Below are positions 1 to 10,328 of a stretch of DNA of 64,000 bases, one piece after another. A program made the translations under genes and the position numbers. The notes beneath the pieces are model-generated. The model was not told the origin of the DNA and did no database searches. It worked only from the letters and a program-made list of their open reading frames with translations. This stretch comes from Minisyncoccota bacterium (lineage in GTDB: Bacteria; Patescibacteriota; Minisyncoccia; Phycocordibacterales; UBA9973): positions 65,094 through 129,093 of the forward strand of contig JBBABB010000001.1 in the NCBI GenBank assembly GCA_041657885.1, in the 5' to 3' direction. How positions within the stretch are numbered: the stretch's first letter is position 1; every line of letters begins with the position of its first letter.

Positions 1-5
1 AGGCG

Positions 6-659
6 ATGAATTATTTATATACAGAAAATATTGAAAAACTCGGTGTTGATTTAATGTCTTTCAATAGTTCAAAAATCTATGGTCCAAAAGGAATTGGTGT
101 TTTATATAAAAAGCGGGGAGTAAAGCTTTCCCCGCTTTATGCTGGCGGTGGACAAGAATTTGGTTTACATTCAGGGACAGAAAGTGTGTCATTGATTGCT
201 GGTTTAGCGGAAGCATTTAGTATTACAAATAAAATAAAACAAAAAGAATCTGAACGACTTACAAAAATTCGTGATTATGGAATTAAAAAATTATTATCGC
301 TCTCAGGTGTATCAGGTTATAAAATAATTCTAAATGGTGACAAGACAAATCGTTTGCCGAACAATATTAATATTTCTGTTTTAGGAATTTCAAGTGAACT
401 TTTAGTTATTGAATTATCTGCCCGTGGAATTTTTGTTTCAGAAAAAAGCGCTTGCAAAAGCGATGACCACAATAAATCATACGTAATTGATGCAATAAGA
501 AAAATTTGCCTGAAAGATGGAAGTGAGGTTGGGGGGTCTCTTCGTATTTCTCTTGGAAGGGCGAATAAAATGAGTGATATGGACATATTATATAGAGGAC
601 TAAAAAATATTTTAAAGAAATATAAACAGTGGACCCCGTTAGAGGTAGACCGCCCCTAG
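6..659 (+). CDS. Cysteine desulfurase (class V aminotransferase, IscS/NifS family), C-terminal fragment; the 5' end lies outside the window
   Basis: Translation shows a PLP-dependent class V C-terminal domain (GVDLMSF..KIYGPKGIGVLY..GGGQE..HSGTE). The frame is open from the window edge. Confidence 0.7.
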   Translation: MNYLYTENIEKLGVDLMSFNSSKIYGPKGIGVLYKKRGVKLSPLYAGGGQEFGLHSGTESVSLIAGLAEAFSITNKIKQKESERLTKIRDYGIKKLLSLSGVSGYKIILNGDKTNRLPNNINISVLGISSELLVIELSARGIFVSEKSACKSDDHNKSYVIDAIRKICLKDGSEVGGSLRISLGRANKMSDMDILYRGLKNILKKYKQWTPLEVDRP

Positions 660-706
660 GTGGTCGAAGCACTCAGATTGGTATCTGAGGGCAACCTCTA
701 ACGGGG
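640..706. terminator. Long inverted repeat (13-bp arms ccccgttagaggt / acctctaacgggg, 41-nt loop with an inner hairpin) spanning the stop codon of the desulfurase gene
   Basis: Perfect 13-bp inverted repeat read directly. It is followed by a small palindrome (aaatagaat/ctattt) and a TGTGCTATAAT box for the next gene. Confidence 0.35.
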
Positions 707-734
707 TGGAAATAGAATCTATTTTTGTGCTATA

Positions 735-1382
735 ATGTCCTTGTATATGGATATTAAAGAATTAGACAAAAAACAGCTCGTTTTATTGACTTTGCTCATT
801 ACTTTTGTGGTGTCTATTGCTACGGGTATTGTGACAGTTTCTCTTATGAACCAAATGCCTAAAAGTGTTCCACAGACCATAAATAATGTCATTCAACGAA
901 CAATAGAGAAAGTTACAACAGTGCAAGTTCCTGTTCCTGTTCCCGCTACCAATAATAAATTAACTGATGAGGCAACAACCCCCAAAGATGATTCATTACT
1001 ATTATTTAGTAATAGCGATGCGCTTGTATCTATTTATTTAAATAATACAAATTTAACTTCAACCGATCCTTCTATGCCTTCTCCTACTACCACCAATGGT
1101 GTAAATGAAGATGGCAGTGTTATTAGTAATGAACCATTGGCTATTGGTCAGGGAATAATTATTTCTGATATCGGGTTGATTCTCGTTGATTCAAGTTTGA
1201 TAAAAGAGCAGGAATTATACAAAGTTATTTTAGACAAGACAGATTTCAATGTTTCTGTTTTGAAAAAGTTTGACAATGGATTTACCATTTTAAAAATTTC
1301 ACCAATAACAGTAGATAACGTTACTAAACCAAAAACTGGGTTAGAAGCTAGCGCTATAGATAGCAGTAGCACCAGTAATTAA
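735..1382 (+). CDS. Hypothetical membrane-anchored protein with an N-terminal TM helix and a Thr/Ser/Pro-rich linker; the true start may be the ATG at 747
   Basis: ORF with a hydrophobic N-terminus. An extended -10 (tgtgctataat, 721-736) overlaps the first ATG, so a leaderless start at 747 is plausible. Confidence 0.5.
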   Translation: MSLYMDIKELDKKQLVLLTLLITFVVSIATGIVTVSLMNQMPKSVPQTINNVIQRTIEKVTTVQVPVPVPATNNKLTDEATTPKDDSLLLFSNSDALVSIYLNNTNLTSTDPSMPSPTTTNGVNEDGSVISNEPLAIGQGIIISDIGLILVDSSLIKEQELYKVILDKTDFNVSVLKKFDNGFTILKISPITVDNVTKPKTGLEASAIDSSSTSN

Positions 1383-1391
1383 TTATTTTTT

Positions 1392-4085
1392 ATGCCCCCA
1401 TTCAACAATTTTACAACTAAAGCAAAAGAAGTAATACGAAAGGCTCACGAGCTGGCCATTGAACGTGGCCAAAACCATGTGAATTCTCTACATCTTTTGA
1501 CTGCGCTTTTAGTGCAAGAAGATTCTTTGATTATTTCTATATTAGATAAAATGGAAGTTGATACCATGCTTCTAACAGATAATTTGGTTGAGATGATAGA
1601 GTCACCAGAGAACCGTAATACACTTTCACCTTCATATCAAATTTATCTTACCCCAGATTTAGCCCAGATTATAGAGAATTCTACTAAAGTAGCTATCACA
1701 ATTAAAGATGAATTTGTCTCTACTGAACACTTATTCGTTTCTCTTCTTGAAGTTCCAGGTGAAGCTCGTGAATTGTTAGGACGCTTTAAAATAGACAAAG
1801 ATAAAGTTATCGATGTTCTTAAATTGCTTCGTAATGAGAATGTAGCAGAATCAGGTTCCTCTAAGAAACCAAAACTTCTCGTTAAGTTTACCCGAAATCT
1901 CACAACCCTAGCTCGAGAAGATAAACTTGATCCAGTCATTGGGCGTGAAGGAGAAATTATGCGAATGATGCAGATTCTCTCTCGTCGTACTAAGAACAAT
2001 CCTATTTTAATAGGAGAAGCGGGTACTGGGAAAACAGCCGTGGCTGAAGCGCTCGCAATTCGTATTGCCAAAAACGATGTTCCTGAAAGTTTAAAAGATA
2101 AAGAAGTCGTGTCTCTTGATCTTGGATTATTATTGTCGGGAACAAAATACCGTGGAGAATTTGAGGAAAGATTACGTGGTATTATAAAAGAAATAGAAAG
2201 GTCCAATGGTAAAATAATTCTCTTCATAGACGAGATACATACTATAGTAGGAGCAGGAAGTTCAGAAGGGTCCCTTGATGCATCAAACATGCTAAAGCCG
2301 GCACTTGCCCGCGGTGAGCTTCATGCTATAGGCGCAACAACTTTAAAAGAATATCAGAAACATATTGAGAAAGATCCAGCTCTTGCTCGAAGGTTTCAGC
2401 CGGTTTATATAGACGAGCCAAGTATTGATGATGCAGTTGCAATTTTACGTGGACTAAAAGAAAAATATGAGCTTTTCCATGGAGTTCGAATTACAGATGA
2501 TGCTATTATCTCAGCGGTAAACTTGAGTTCAAGATATATTACAAATAGATATTTACCCGACAAAGCTGTTGACCTTATCGATGAGGCTTCATCATCTCTA
2601 CGACTTGCACTTGAAAATAAACCACCAATTTTAGAAGATGCAGACCGCAAAATTATGCGTTTTGAAGTTGAGAAAGAAGCACTCACAAAAGAAATCAAAA
2701 GAGAAAGTAAATCGGAAAGCAAAGTTGCTAAAGACCGATTAAAAGACATTGAGAAAGAGATTGCTAATTTGAAAGAGAAAACCCACGAACTTGAACTTAA
2801 ATGGAAAAATGAAAAAGAAACAGTTCAGGAAATCCGCGCGCTAAAGAAAGAATTAGAATTACTCCGAATTGAAGCCGAAAATGCTGAAATGCGTGCGGAT
2901 TTGGGCAGAGCTGCAGAAATACGATACGGGAGAATTCCTGATTTACAAAATAAATTAGAGACCAAACTTTCTCGTTTGAAAAAACTTCAAAAATCACGTC
3001 GCATACTTAAAGAAGAAATAACCACAGAAGATATTGCTTCTGTTGTTGCTCGTTGGACAGGGATACCGCTTGAAAAGATGCTTGAAGAGGAATTAAAAAA
3101 ATTGTCTCACATAGAAAATGAACTTCATTTACGTGTGGTTGGTCAGAATGTAGCGATTAAAAAGATTGCTGATGTTGTCCGCCGAAGCCGGGCTGGAATT
3201 TCTGACCCAAATAAACCGATTGGTTCTTTCATTTTCCTTGGTCCAACAGGAGTGGGAAAGACAGAACTCACAAAAGCATTAGCTCAATTTATGTTTGATG
3301 ATGACAAGGCACTTATTCGAGTAGATATGAGTGAATACACAGAGCGACATAGTGTGTCAAAGCTTATTGGCTCACCACCTGGATATGTTGGTTATGATGA
3401 ATCAGGTAATCTTACCGAAGCAGTTAGGCACCGTCCTTACTCTGTCGTATTATTTGATGAAATAGAAAAAGCACATCCTGAAGTTTTAAACATTTTACTT
3501 CAAGTACTTGACGAAGGTCGTCTTACTGATGCGAAGGGGCGTGTGGTAAATTTCAAAAATACAATTATTATTCTCACCTCAAATATAGGTTCTAACTTTA
3601 TAGAAAAAATGGAATCATTAGGATTTACAAATAATTCCAAAAAAGATGAATATGCTCAGACCAAAGACAAAGTACTTGATTCTTTGAAAGATTATTTCCG
3701 TCCGGAATTCTTAAATAGATTGGATGATATTATTATCTTTGATATTTTGTCACCTGAAGTTATCCGTCATATTGTTGATATTAAAATTAAAATTATTCGC
3801 GAACGTTTACTTGGAAAGGGAATTGAAATTGAGATTTCCGATGAAGCTCTTTTGTATTTAGCAAAAGAAGGGTATAACCCACATTATGGAGCTCGACCAC
3901 TTGGACGGCTAATACAAGATAAGATTCTAAATCCAGTCGCTAATTTTATTATCTCAAAAGGTGTAAAAAAGGGAGATACTGTCTATGTGACAATGAAAGA
4001 AGGAGAACTCTTGATAGAAATGAAAAAAAAGAAAATTAAATCTGATATTTTAGTTCCAAGATCTCAATTGCATAGTGTGAAATAA
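1392..4085 (+). CDS. clpB: ATP-dependent chaperone ClpB (Clp N-domain, two AAA+ modules, coiled-coil middle domain)
   Basis: 897 aa. Two Walker A motifs (GEAGTGKT, GPTGVGKT) and a long coiled-coil insert between NBD1 and NBD2. The N-terminus is typical (NFTTKAKEVIRKAHELA). Confidence 0.95.
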   Translation: MPPFNNFTTKAKEVIRKAHELAIERGQNHVNSLHLLTALLVQEDSLIISILDKMEVDTMLLTDNLVEMIESPENRNTLSPSYQIYLTPDLAQIIENSTKVAITIKDEFVSTEHLFVSLLEVPGEARELLGRFKIDKDKVIDVLKLLRNENVAESGSSKKPKLLVKFTRNLTTLAREDKLDPVIGREGEIMRMMQILSRRTKNNPILIGEAGTGKTAVAEALAIRIAKNDVPESLKDKEVVSLDLGLLLSGTKYRGEFEERLRGIIKEIERSNGKIILFIDEIHTIVGAGSSEGSLDASNMLKPALARGELHAIGATTLKEYQKHIEKDPALARRFQPVYIDEPSIDDAVAILRGLKEKYELFHGVRITDDAIISAVNLSSRYITNRYLPDKAVDLIDEASSSLRLALENKPPILEDADRKIMRFEVEKEALTKEIKRESKSESKVAKDRLKDIEKEIANLKEKTHELELKWKNEKETVQEIRALKKELELLRIEAENAEMRADLGRAAEIRYGRIPDLQNKLETKLSRLKKLQKSRRILKEEITTEDIASVVARWTGIPLEKMLEEELKKLSHIENELHLRVVGQNVAIKKIADVVRRSRAGISDPNKPIGSFIFLGPTGVGKTELTKALAQFMFDDDKALIRVDMSEYTERHSVSKLIGSPPGYVGYDESGNLTEAVRHRPYSVVLFDEIEKAHPEVLNILLQVLDEGRLTDAKGRVVNFKNTIIILTSNIGSNFIEKMESLGFTNNSKKDEYAQTKDKVLDSLKDYFRPEFLNRLDDIIIFDILSPEVIRHIVDIKIKIIRERLLGKGIEIEISDEALLYLAKEGYNPHYGARPLGRLIQDKILNPVANFIISKGVKKGDTVYVTMKEGELLIEMKKKKIKSDILVPRSQLHSVK

Positions 4086-4090
4086 AAAGA

Positions 4091-4125
4091 AAAAATCATA
4101 GAGCCCTAAGGGTTATGATTTTCTT
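4091..4125. terminator. Hairpin (aaatcata..gagccctaagggtt..tatgattt) after clpB
   Basis: Inverted repeat with a GC-containing inner stem, followed by a T-run. Confidence 0.5.
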
Positions 4126-4428
4126 TATTGCCAGTGTACTTTATTAGCATACTTAGGATTTTTCCAATTGGAAGTTTAATATCTTCCAAAATTGGTTTTG
4201 TCGCTGAAGCCTCGTCATAAGCCTCAATTTCTTCTGGATTTGATAGTCCTCGTACCACTGCTTGTTCTTCGTTTAGTTCTATAAGAAAATTGATCATTTT
4301 CTTATCAATTCTTTTTTCGTATTCTGGGAACATATTCTTTTTTATTAATTTACTTGCATTATATCCGCATTTTGTGAAAATGCAAGGAATTGTAAAAATA
4401 AGTAAAATTATGTATACTAGCGAGTAAT

Positions 4429-4511
4429 GCGTCGGTGGCAGAGTGGTCAATTGCATTTGACTGTAAATCAAACGCCTTCGGGCTACGTAGGTTCGAATCC
4501 TACCCGGCGCA
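4429..4511 (+). tRNA. tRNA-Tyr (anticodon GTA) with a long variable arm
   Basis: Cloverleaf folded by hand. Acceptor is GCGTCGG/CCGGCGC, anticodon loop CTGTAAA, long variable arm, T-loop TTCGAAT, discriminator A. CCA is not encoded. Confidence 0.9.
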
Positions 4512-4549
4512 CATTTTTTATTTAAATAATATATGATAAAATAATCTAT

Positions 4550-5578
4550 ATGGCTCAACTTTATAGTAATTCAATTTTTTGGGTGGATATAGAAAAAATT
4601 AAATCAAATCCATTTCAACCACGTCGTGAGTTTGATGAAGATCGACTGCGTGATTTAGCTGATTCTATTCGTCAGTATGGTGTGCTTCAGCCACTTGTCG
4701 TATCACGAGAAGAAATTCAAAAAGAAGATGGAGGTATTTCTGTAGAATATGAACTTATCGCGGGTGAGCGTAGATTACGAGCATCAAAACTTGCTGGGCT
4801 AGAACAGATTCCAGTTATTATCAGAGTGGGTGACGATAATATGGCCAAGCTTGAGCTTTCTATCATTGAGAATTTGCAACGTGAAGACCTCAATGCTGTT
4901 GAACGGGCCCGTGCTTTTATGCGACTTGTTGAAGAATTCAAATTCACCCACACTCAAATAGGAGCAAAGGTTGGGAAAAGTCGTGAGTATGTATCAAATA
5001 CACTTCGACTTCTTGCATTACCTCAAGAAATGCTGGATGCACTTTCTGCAAAAAAGATAAGTGAAGGTCATACTCGCCCTATCTTAATGCTTACAGACAG
5101 GCCAGAACAGCAGATGGTTCTATTTAAAGAAATAATCTTTAAAAAAATGACAGTGCGAGACGCAGAAAAAGCAGCACGTAAAATTGCTTTTGATCGTGTT
5201 CGTAAAAAAGAATATCTTATAGACCCAGAGATAGCGGAAATGGAAGAGAAATTACAAGAGTCCCTCGGCACGCGTGTTCATATAGAAAAGAAAGAGAATG
5301 GCGGTTATATTACTATTGATTTCTTCACAAATGATGACTTACACACTATTCTCGGCCTAATTAAATCAAGTGAAGATAAAAATCCAAATAGCATGCTGGA
5401 TAAATTTATAGCAAGTCAAGAATCACAAATTAAAGCTGTGATTTCTGTAGAGGACAATCCATCTAATGATACAAATGGAGATGACGATACCCATCTTATT
5501 GATGACAGAACAAAACAAGAAATAAAAAAAACAGAAGAAGATATTGACCTTTATAATATCAAAAATTTCTCAATTTAA
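4550..5578 (+). CDS. parB: Chromosome partitioning protein ParB/Spo0J with a long acidic C-terminal extension
   Basis: ParB box II motif (LIAGERRLRASKLAGLEQIPVII) and HTH region (HTQIGAKVGKSREYVSNTLRLL). Confidence 0.9.
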   Translation: MAQLYSNSIFWVDIEKIKSNPFQPRREFDEDRLRDLADSIRQYGVLQPLVVSREEIQKEDGGISVEYELIAGERRLRASKLAGLEQIPVIIRVGDDNMAKLELSIIENLQREDLNAVERARAFMRLVEEFKFTHTQIGAKVGKSREYVSNTLRLLALPQEMLDALSAKKISEGHTRPILMLTDRPEQQMVLFKEIIFKKMTVRDAEKAARKIAFDRVRKKEYLIDPEIAEMEEKLQESLGTRVHIEKKENGGYITIDFFTNDDLHTILGLIKSSEDKNPNSMLDKFIASQESQIKAVISVEDNPSNDTNGDDDTHLIDDRTKQEIKKTEEDIDLYNIKNFSI

Positions 5579-7041
5579 TTTTTCCCGAACGATAAAAATT
5601 TAGAAAGTAAACTATTTGATTTCAAGTAGAGATTTATTTGCTTGCGGGCAAGAGTAGTTTTGGCATAGTCAAGCCATTTTGAAGATGGATTAGCTTTTTT
5701 GTTTACTTGTATTTCAACTATGTCATTGTTTTTTAATTTAGTATTAAGGGCTGAATTTTTGCCATTTACTATTGCTCCTTGGACATGGTTGCCAATATCA
5801 GTATGTATCACATAAGCAAAATCAATAACAGAAGAATCTTCTGGTAGATCTATAATATCTCCCTTGGGAGTAAAAACGAAAACTCGGTTTTTGAAGAAAT
5901 CCATTTTTATTGTTTTTAAGAAATTTTCTGGATTATCTTCATGTTGATTAAGTTCGTGAAGTTGTTGCACCCATTCAAATTGTTTCGGTATTGTTTTTTC
6001 TTTACTACCTTTTTCTTTATATATATAGTGTGCTGCAATACCGTTCTCAGCCTTTTCATGCATTTCATGTGTACGAATTTGTATTTCTACTATTCCTCCA
6101 GTCCCTGTAAATATAGTTGTATGTAAACTCTGGTATCCATTTGCTTTTGGGGTAGCGATATAATCTTTTATGCGATTAGGCACTGGAGTCCATTCTCCGT
6201 GAATTAATCCGAGGACATGGTAACAATCAGCAACGGAATCAACCATAACTCGGAGAGCTATTATGTCGTATATTTTACCCATATCCATATCACATTTTTG
6301 GAGTTTCTTCCAGAGTGAATATAAGTGTTTTTGCCTGTAATCTATCAGAGCGCCCTTTATTTTTACTTCTTTTATTTTTTGAGTAATTATATTTTTTACT
6401 TCAATCAAATATTTTTTATCAACATCTTTTTTATCTAAAAGTAATTTTTTAACTTCTTCATATTCTTTGGGATATGCAAATTTAAATGCTGCATCTTCCA
6501 ATTTACCCTTAAGTCGCCCCATAGACAAACGATCTGCGAGAGGAGCATATATTTCTAGAGTTTCTAGCGCTATGCGTTTCTGTTTGTCTGGGCGAACATG
6601 CTCTAAAGTCTCCATATTGTGAAGTCGATCTGCCAATTTAATAACAAGAACACGCAAATCTTTTGCCACAGATATAAAAAACTTTCTCAAGTTTTCTACG
6701 TTGCGTTCTACACCTTTATATTTAACTTTACCAAGTTTTGTAACTCCTTTTATTAGTTCTACTATTTCATTGCCAAATTCTTTTTTTAATTCTTCTTCGG
6801 TAATAAGTGTATCTTCCATAACATCATGAAGTAATCCTGCTGATATTGTTTTTGACTTCATTCCAAGATCGGCTAAATTTTTCGCTGTTGCAAATACATG
6901 ATTGAAATATGGATCACCACTTTTACGCAACTGCCCCTTATGAGCAGTACGTGCGAAATCATAGGCTTTTTGTATAAGATCTTTATCCTCTTTTTTTAAA
7001 TTTTGTGCTAAAGAAAATATTTCTTCTACCTTAGGTTCCAT
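5575..7041 (-). CDS. rel: Bifunctional (p)ppGpp synthetase/hydrolase of the RelA/SpoT family, short form (HD, synthetase and TGS domains; no ACT domain)
   Basis: HD motif (HDVMEDT), synthetase domain (YQSLHTTI..GIVEIQIRT), TGS domain (VFVFTPKGDIIDLP). Its 3' end overlaps parB convergently by 4 nt. Confidence 0.9.
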   Translation of the reverse strand: MEPKVEEIFSLAQNLKKEDKDLIQKAYDFARTAHKGQLRKSGDPYFNHVFATAKNLADLGMKSKTISAGLLHDVMEDTLITEEELKKEFGNEIVELIKGVTKLGKVKYKGVERNVENLRKFFISVAKDLRVLVIKLADRLHNMETLEHVRPDKQKRIALETLEIYAPLADRLSMGRLKGKLEDAAFKFAYPKEYEEVKKLLLDKKDVDKKYLIEVKNIITQKIKEVKIKGALIDYRQKHLYSLWKKLQKCDMDMGKIYDIIALRVMVDSVADCYHVLGLIHGEWTPVPNRIKDYIATPKANGYQSLHTTIFTGTGGIVEIQIRTHEMHEKAENGIAAHYIYKEKGSKEKTIPKQFEWVQQLHELNQHEDNPENFLKTIKMDFFKNRVFVFTPKGDIIDLPEDSSVIDFAYVIHTDIGNHVQGAIVNGKNSALNTKLKNNDIVEIQVNKKANPSSKWLDYAKTTLARKQINLYLKSNSLLSKFLSFGKN

Positions 7042-7102
7042 TTAGGTATTATACCAAAAAAATTAATAACTAGCTTTAAAACTAGTTTTTAATTTTATTA
7101 TT

Positions 7103-9406
7103 TTATTTCTTTAATTTTATATTATCACCATGCTTGTGCGGATTGTGATTCTTACACATCTTGTTGCTACAACGTTCTGGAATTGTCTTAGTTCCTTCCA
7201 TCATAAGAAAACCACACATGTCACAAATATTTCCAGTTGGTTTTGCCTTAATAGCGTTTTTACAATCAGGATAATCACTGCATGAATAGAATATTCCAAA
7301 TCGTCCTCGACGTTCCATCATTTTCCCTTTATGGCACATTGGGCAAGTAATATCGGTCATTTTCTTTTTTATTTCTTCCTCATCTTGTTTTATAAATTTA
7401 CATTTTGGGTAACGAGAACAAGAAATAAAAGTTCCAAAGCGTCCTTCTCGAATGACTAATTTTCCGCCACCATTTTTACCTCCGCCTTGCATCGAGGCAG
7501 GTTTTTTATCCCCACAAAGAGGACACATTTCTCCAGTTTCTTTTGGACCTTCTAATATGTTACCCTCCATTGTACGAGCTCCATCACAATCTGGGTAGTT
7601 ACTGCAAGAATAGAATTTACCATTACGTGAAAGTTTTACAATCATACTTTTGCCACATTTTGGGCACATGATATCGAGAGGAGCCTCTCCCATATTTGTC
7701 GCTTTGGCCAACTTATCTTTTTCTTTTATTTCTTTTTGGAATGGTGTATAGAAATCACTCAATGTTTTTACATAATCTCTTGTGCCATTGGATATATCAT
7801 CGAGCTCATCTTCCATCTCGGCGGTGAAAGTATCACTAATATAATTTGCAAAATTATTCTCTAGAAAACTAGAAACAACATCTCCAGTATCAGTAGGGAA
7901 AAGTGTTCGCCCCTCTTTTCGGACATAACCTCTGTCCTCAATTGTTTTCATAATTGAAGCATAAGTAGAAGGTCGGCCAATATCTCGGGCTTCAAGCTCC
8001 TTGATGAGCCCTGCTTCAGTATAACGATTTGGTGGTTCTGTAAATTTTTCTGTACTTGTGAGGTCTATCAGTTTTAATTCTTCACCAGTCTCAACTTTTG
8101 GTAATTCAACATCTTCTCCACGAGCTCCAATATCACACATGAGCCAGCCGAGGAATAATACTTGCGAACCATTGGCAACAAAATCAGGGATAGACCCCTC
8201 CTCAGTCCTCCCCTTAGCAGGGGAGGAGGAAGAAATATTTGCAGTTATCTTTGTTTTTAATAATTTTGCATCAGACATTTGAGAAGAGACAGTTCTTTCC
8301 CAGATGAGATTGTAAAGTTTTTTCTGGTCTTCAGTTGCTCCAGCGTGTTCCTCTTCTATGTGTGTAGGGCGAATAGCTTCGTGGGCTTCTTGGGCATTTT
8401 TAGATTTAGTTTTATAAATGTGTAATTCAGCATATTCCTTGCCGTATTTTTTCTCAACAAGTTTGAGTATTTGATTCTGAGCTTGCACAGACAAATTTGT
8501 GCTATCAGTACGCATGTACGTGATGAACCCTGCCTCATAAAGTTTCTGAGCAGTTTGCATTGTTCTTGATGGTGAAAATCCAAAACGAGTGCTTGCTGTT
8601 TGTTGAAGGGTTGAAGTGGTGAAAGGTGCACGAGGGGAACGTTTTTGCTCGCTTGTTTTAACATCTGTGACAAACCACTTTTCTTGTTTGCCAAGTTCTA
8701 ATATTTTTTCTACCAGTTTCTCGTCGCGAGGTTCTTCTACACATGACAGACGCAAAACCTCTCCCCCCGCCCTCTCCTTATCAGGCGAGGGAGCTTTCGG
8801 TGAGGTTTTAAAAGTTCCTTCTATTGTCCAATATTGCTCTGGAATAAATGCGCGAATTTCACGTTCGCGTTCCATGATTATACGTAGTGCAGGGGATTGA
8901 ACTCGCCCAGCGGAAAGTCCATAACGCACTTTTTTCCAGATTATTCCAGATAAATCATATCCTACGAGACGGTCAAGAACTCTTCGTGCTTCTTGGGCTT
9001 TAACCAAATTTTGGTCAATATCACGAGGATTTTGAAGTGCTTCCTCTACTGCTTCTTTGGTAATCTCGTGAAAAGTTACTCTTTTAATCGGTGCTTTGAT
9101 TTTCTTATCAGCATCGAGGAGTTCTTTTAGATGCCAAGATATTGCTTCTCCTTCACGGTCCGGGTCAGTCGCAAGCATTATCTCCTCTGCTTTTTCTGAA
9201 AGAGATTTTAATTCGCTGACAACTTTTTCTTTCCCTTTTGATATTTCATAACGAGGCACAAATCCGGCAGGAATATCTATCGCATCTTTGTTTGATTTTG
9301 GTAAGTCCCTGATATGCCCAACAGACGCACGCACTGTGTATGCGCCCGCTAAATATTTCTCAATAGTTTTTGCTTTCGATGGTGATTCAACAATTAAAAG
9401 TTTCAT
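7103..9406 (-). CDS. topA: DNA topoisomerase I with three C-terminal C4 zinc ribbons
   Basis: TOPRIM N-terminus (MKLLIVESPSKAKTIEKYL) and three Zn-ribbon repeats (CPKCG, CPLCG, CPMC). The start was moved to the MKLL methionine. Confidence 0.95.
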   Translation of the reverse strand: MKLLIVESPSKAKTIEKYLAGAYTVRASVGHIRDLPKSNKDAIDIPAGFVPRYEISKGKEKVVSELKSLSEKAEEIMLATDPDREGEAISWHLKELLDADKKIKAPIKRVTFHEITKEAVEEALQNPRDIDQNLVKAQEARRVLDRLVGYDLSGIIWKKVRYGLSAGRVQSPALRIIMEREREIRAFIPEQYWTIEGTFKTSPKAPSPDKERAGGEVLRLSCVEEPRDEKLVEKILELGKQEKWFVTDVKTSEQKRSPRAPFTTSTLQQTASTRFGFSPSRTMQTAQKLYEAGFITYMRTDSTNLSVQAQNQILKLVEKKYGKEYAELHIYKTKSKNAQEAHEAIRPTHIEEEHAGATEDQKKLYNLIWERTVSSQMSDAKLLKTKITANISSSSPAKGRTEEGSIPDFVANGSQVLFLGWLMCDIGARGEDVELPKVETGEELKLIDLTSTEKFTEPPNRYTEAGLIKELEARDIGRPSTYASIMKTIEDRGYVRKEGRTLFPTDTGDVVSSFLENNFANYISDTFTAEMEDELDDISNGTRDYVKTLSDFYTPFQKEIKEKDKLAKATNMGEAPLDIMCPKCGKSMIVKLSRNGKFYSCSNYPDCDGARTMEGNILEGPKETGEMCPLCGDKKPASMQGGGKNGGGKLVIREGRFGTFISCSRYPKCKFIKQDEEEIKKKMTDITCPMCHKGKMMERRGRFGIFYSCSDYPDCKNAIKAKPTGNICDMCGFLMMEGTKTIPERCSNKMCKNHNPHKHGDNIKLKK

Positions 9407-9453
9407 ATTGCCATAAGTATTACATGAAATCACATTTTTATGCAAATGTAATT

Positions 9454-10317
9454 TTACATTCTCCTAATCTCCCCTAATTCTTCTTTAATTAAATCTTTTA
9501 TTTCCATGATGGAGAGGAGGGCGTTGGCTTCGGCTATTTTCATTCCTGAAATTCGGACGAGTTCGTCACGTTCGATTGGCTCTCGGAGAAGCTCAATGAT
9601 TTTCATTTCTTCTTTTGAACAGTCGGCGTACTTTTCGGCGTCGGTTTGGGTAGGCTTTTCAATTTCAAATCCGAGTGCGATTAATACATCCTCACTTTTT
9701 GTTACAGGGGTAGCTCCTTGCTTAATAAGAGAATTCGTTCCATTGGAATTTGAAGAAAATGCAGAACCGGGGACGGCAAGGACATCGCGATTATAATCAA
9801 GTGCCAAGCGAGCGGTAATGAGTGTGCCAGATTTTTCTTCAGCTTCTATGATAAGTACGGCTTTTGAAATTCCAGCCATCAGGCGATTCCTTTGAGGAAA
9901 AGAATAAAGTTGTGATATGAAGCTCGGTTCAAATTCTGAAAGTAAACAACCTCCCTTATCCACAATTTCTTGGGCGAGTTTAATATTTGCCCTTGGGTAT
10001 AAAACACTATTATCAAGTCCTGAGCCCGGGAAAGATATTGTTATGAGCCCGACTTCAAGAGCAGTCCTATGCGCAATACTATCTATCCCCATCGCAAGAC
10101 CGGAGACAATGACGATAGGGTAACCTTTTAATCCACGAATTAATTTTTCGCAAATATCTTTTCCATAAGAAGTATATTTGCGAGAACCAACGACAGCCAG
10201 ATATATCAAATCTGGGTCTGGAAGTTTGCCACGTATATATAGTGTCTTCGGTGGTTGAGGGATTTCAAGTAATGGTTTCGGGAATTGCTCTGGTTTTAAT
10301 TTATAAATATCTTTCAT
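9454..10317 (-). CDS. dprA: DNA processing protein DprA (Smf)
   Basis: DprA Rossmann-like core (LAVVGSRKYTSYG..IVSGLAMGIDSIAHRTAL). It sits immediately upstream of topA, the classic dprA-topA arrangement. Confidence 0.9.
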   Translation of the reverse strand: MKDIYKLKPEQFPKPLLEIPQPPKTLYIRGKLPDPDLIYLAVVGSRKYTSYGKDICEKLIRGLKGYPIVIVSGLAMGIDSIAHRTALEVGLITISFPGSGLDNSVLYPRANIKLAQEIVDKGGCLLSEFEPSFISQLYSFPQRNRLMAGISKAVLIIEAEEKSGTLITARLALDYNRDVLAVPGSAFSSNSNGTNSLIKQGATPVTKSEDVLIALGFEIEKPTQTDAEKYADCSKEEMKIIELLREPIERDELVRISGMKIAEANALLSIMEIKDLIKEELGEIRRM

Positions 10318-10328
10318 ATTAATTTTTT

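Noticed and set aside
4106-4558. 150-aa minus-strand ORF
   Set aside because: Its N-terminal half is the reverse complement of tRNA-Tyr, and its C-terminal half overlaps the clpB terminator. It is most likely spurious. A short convergent ORF at 4,106-4,336 cannot be excluded but has no support.
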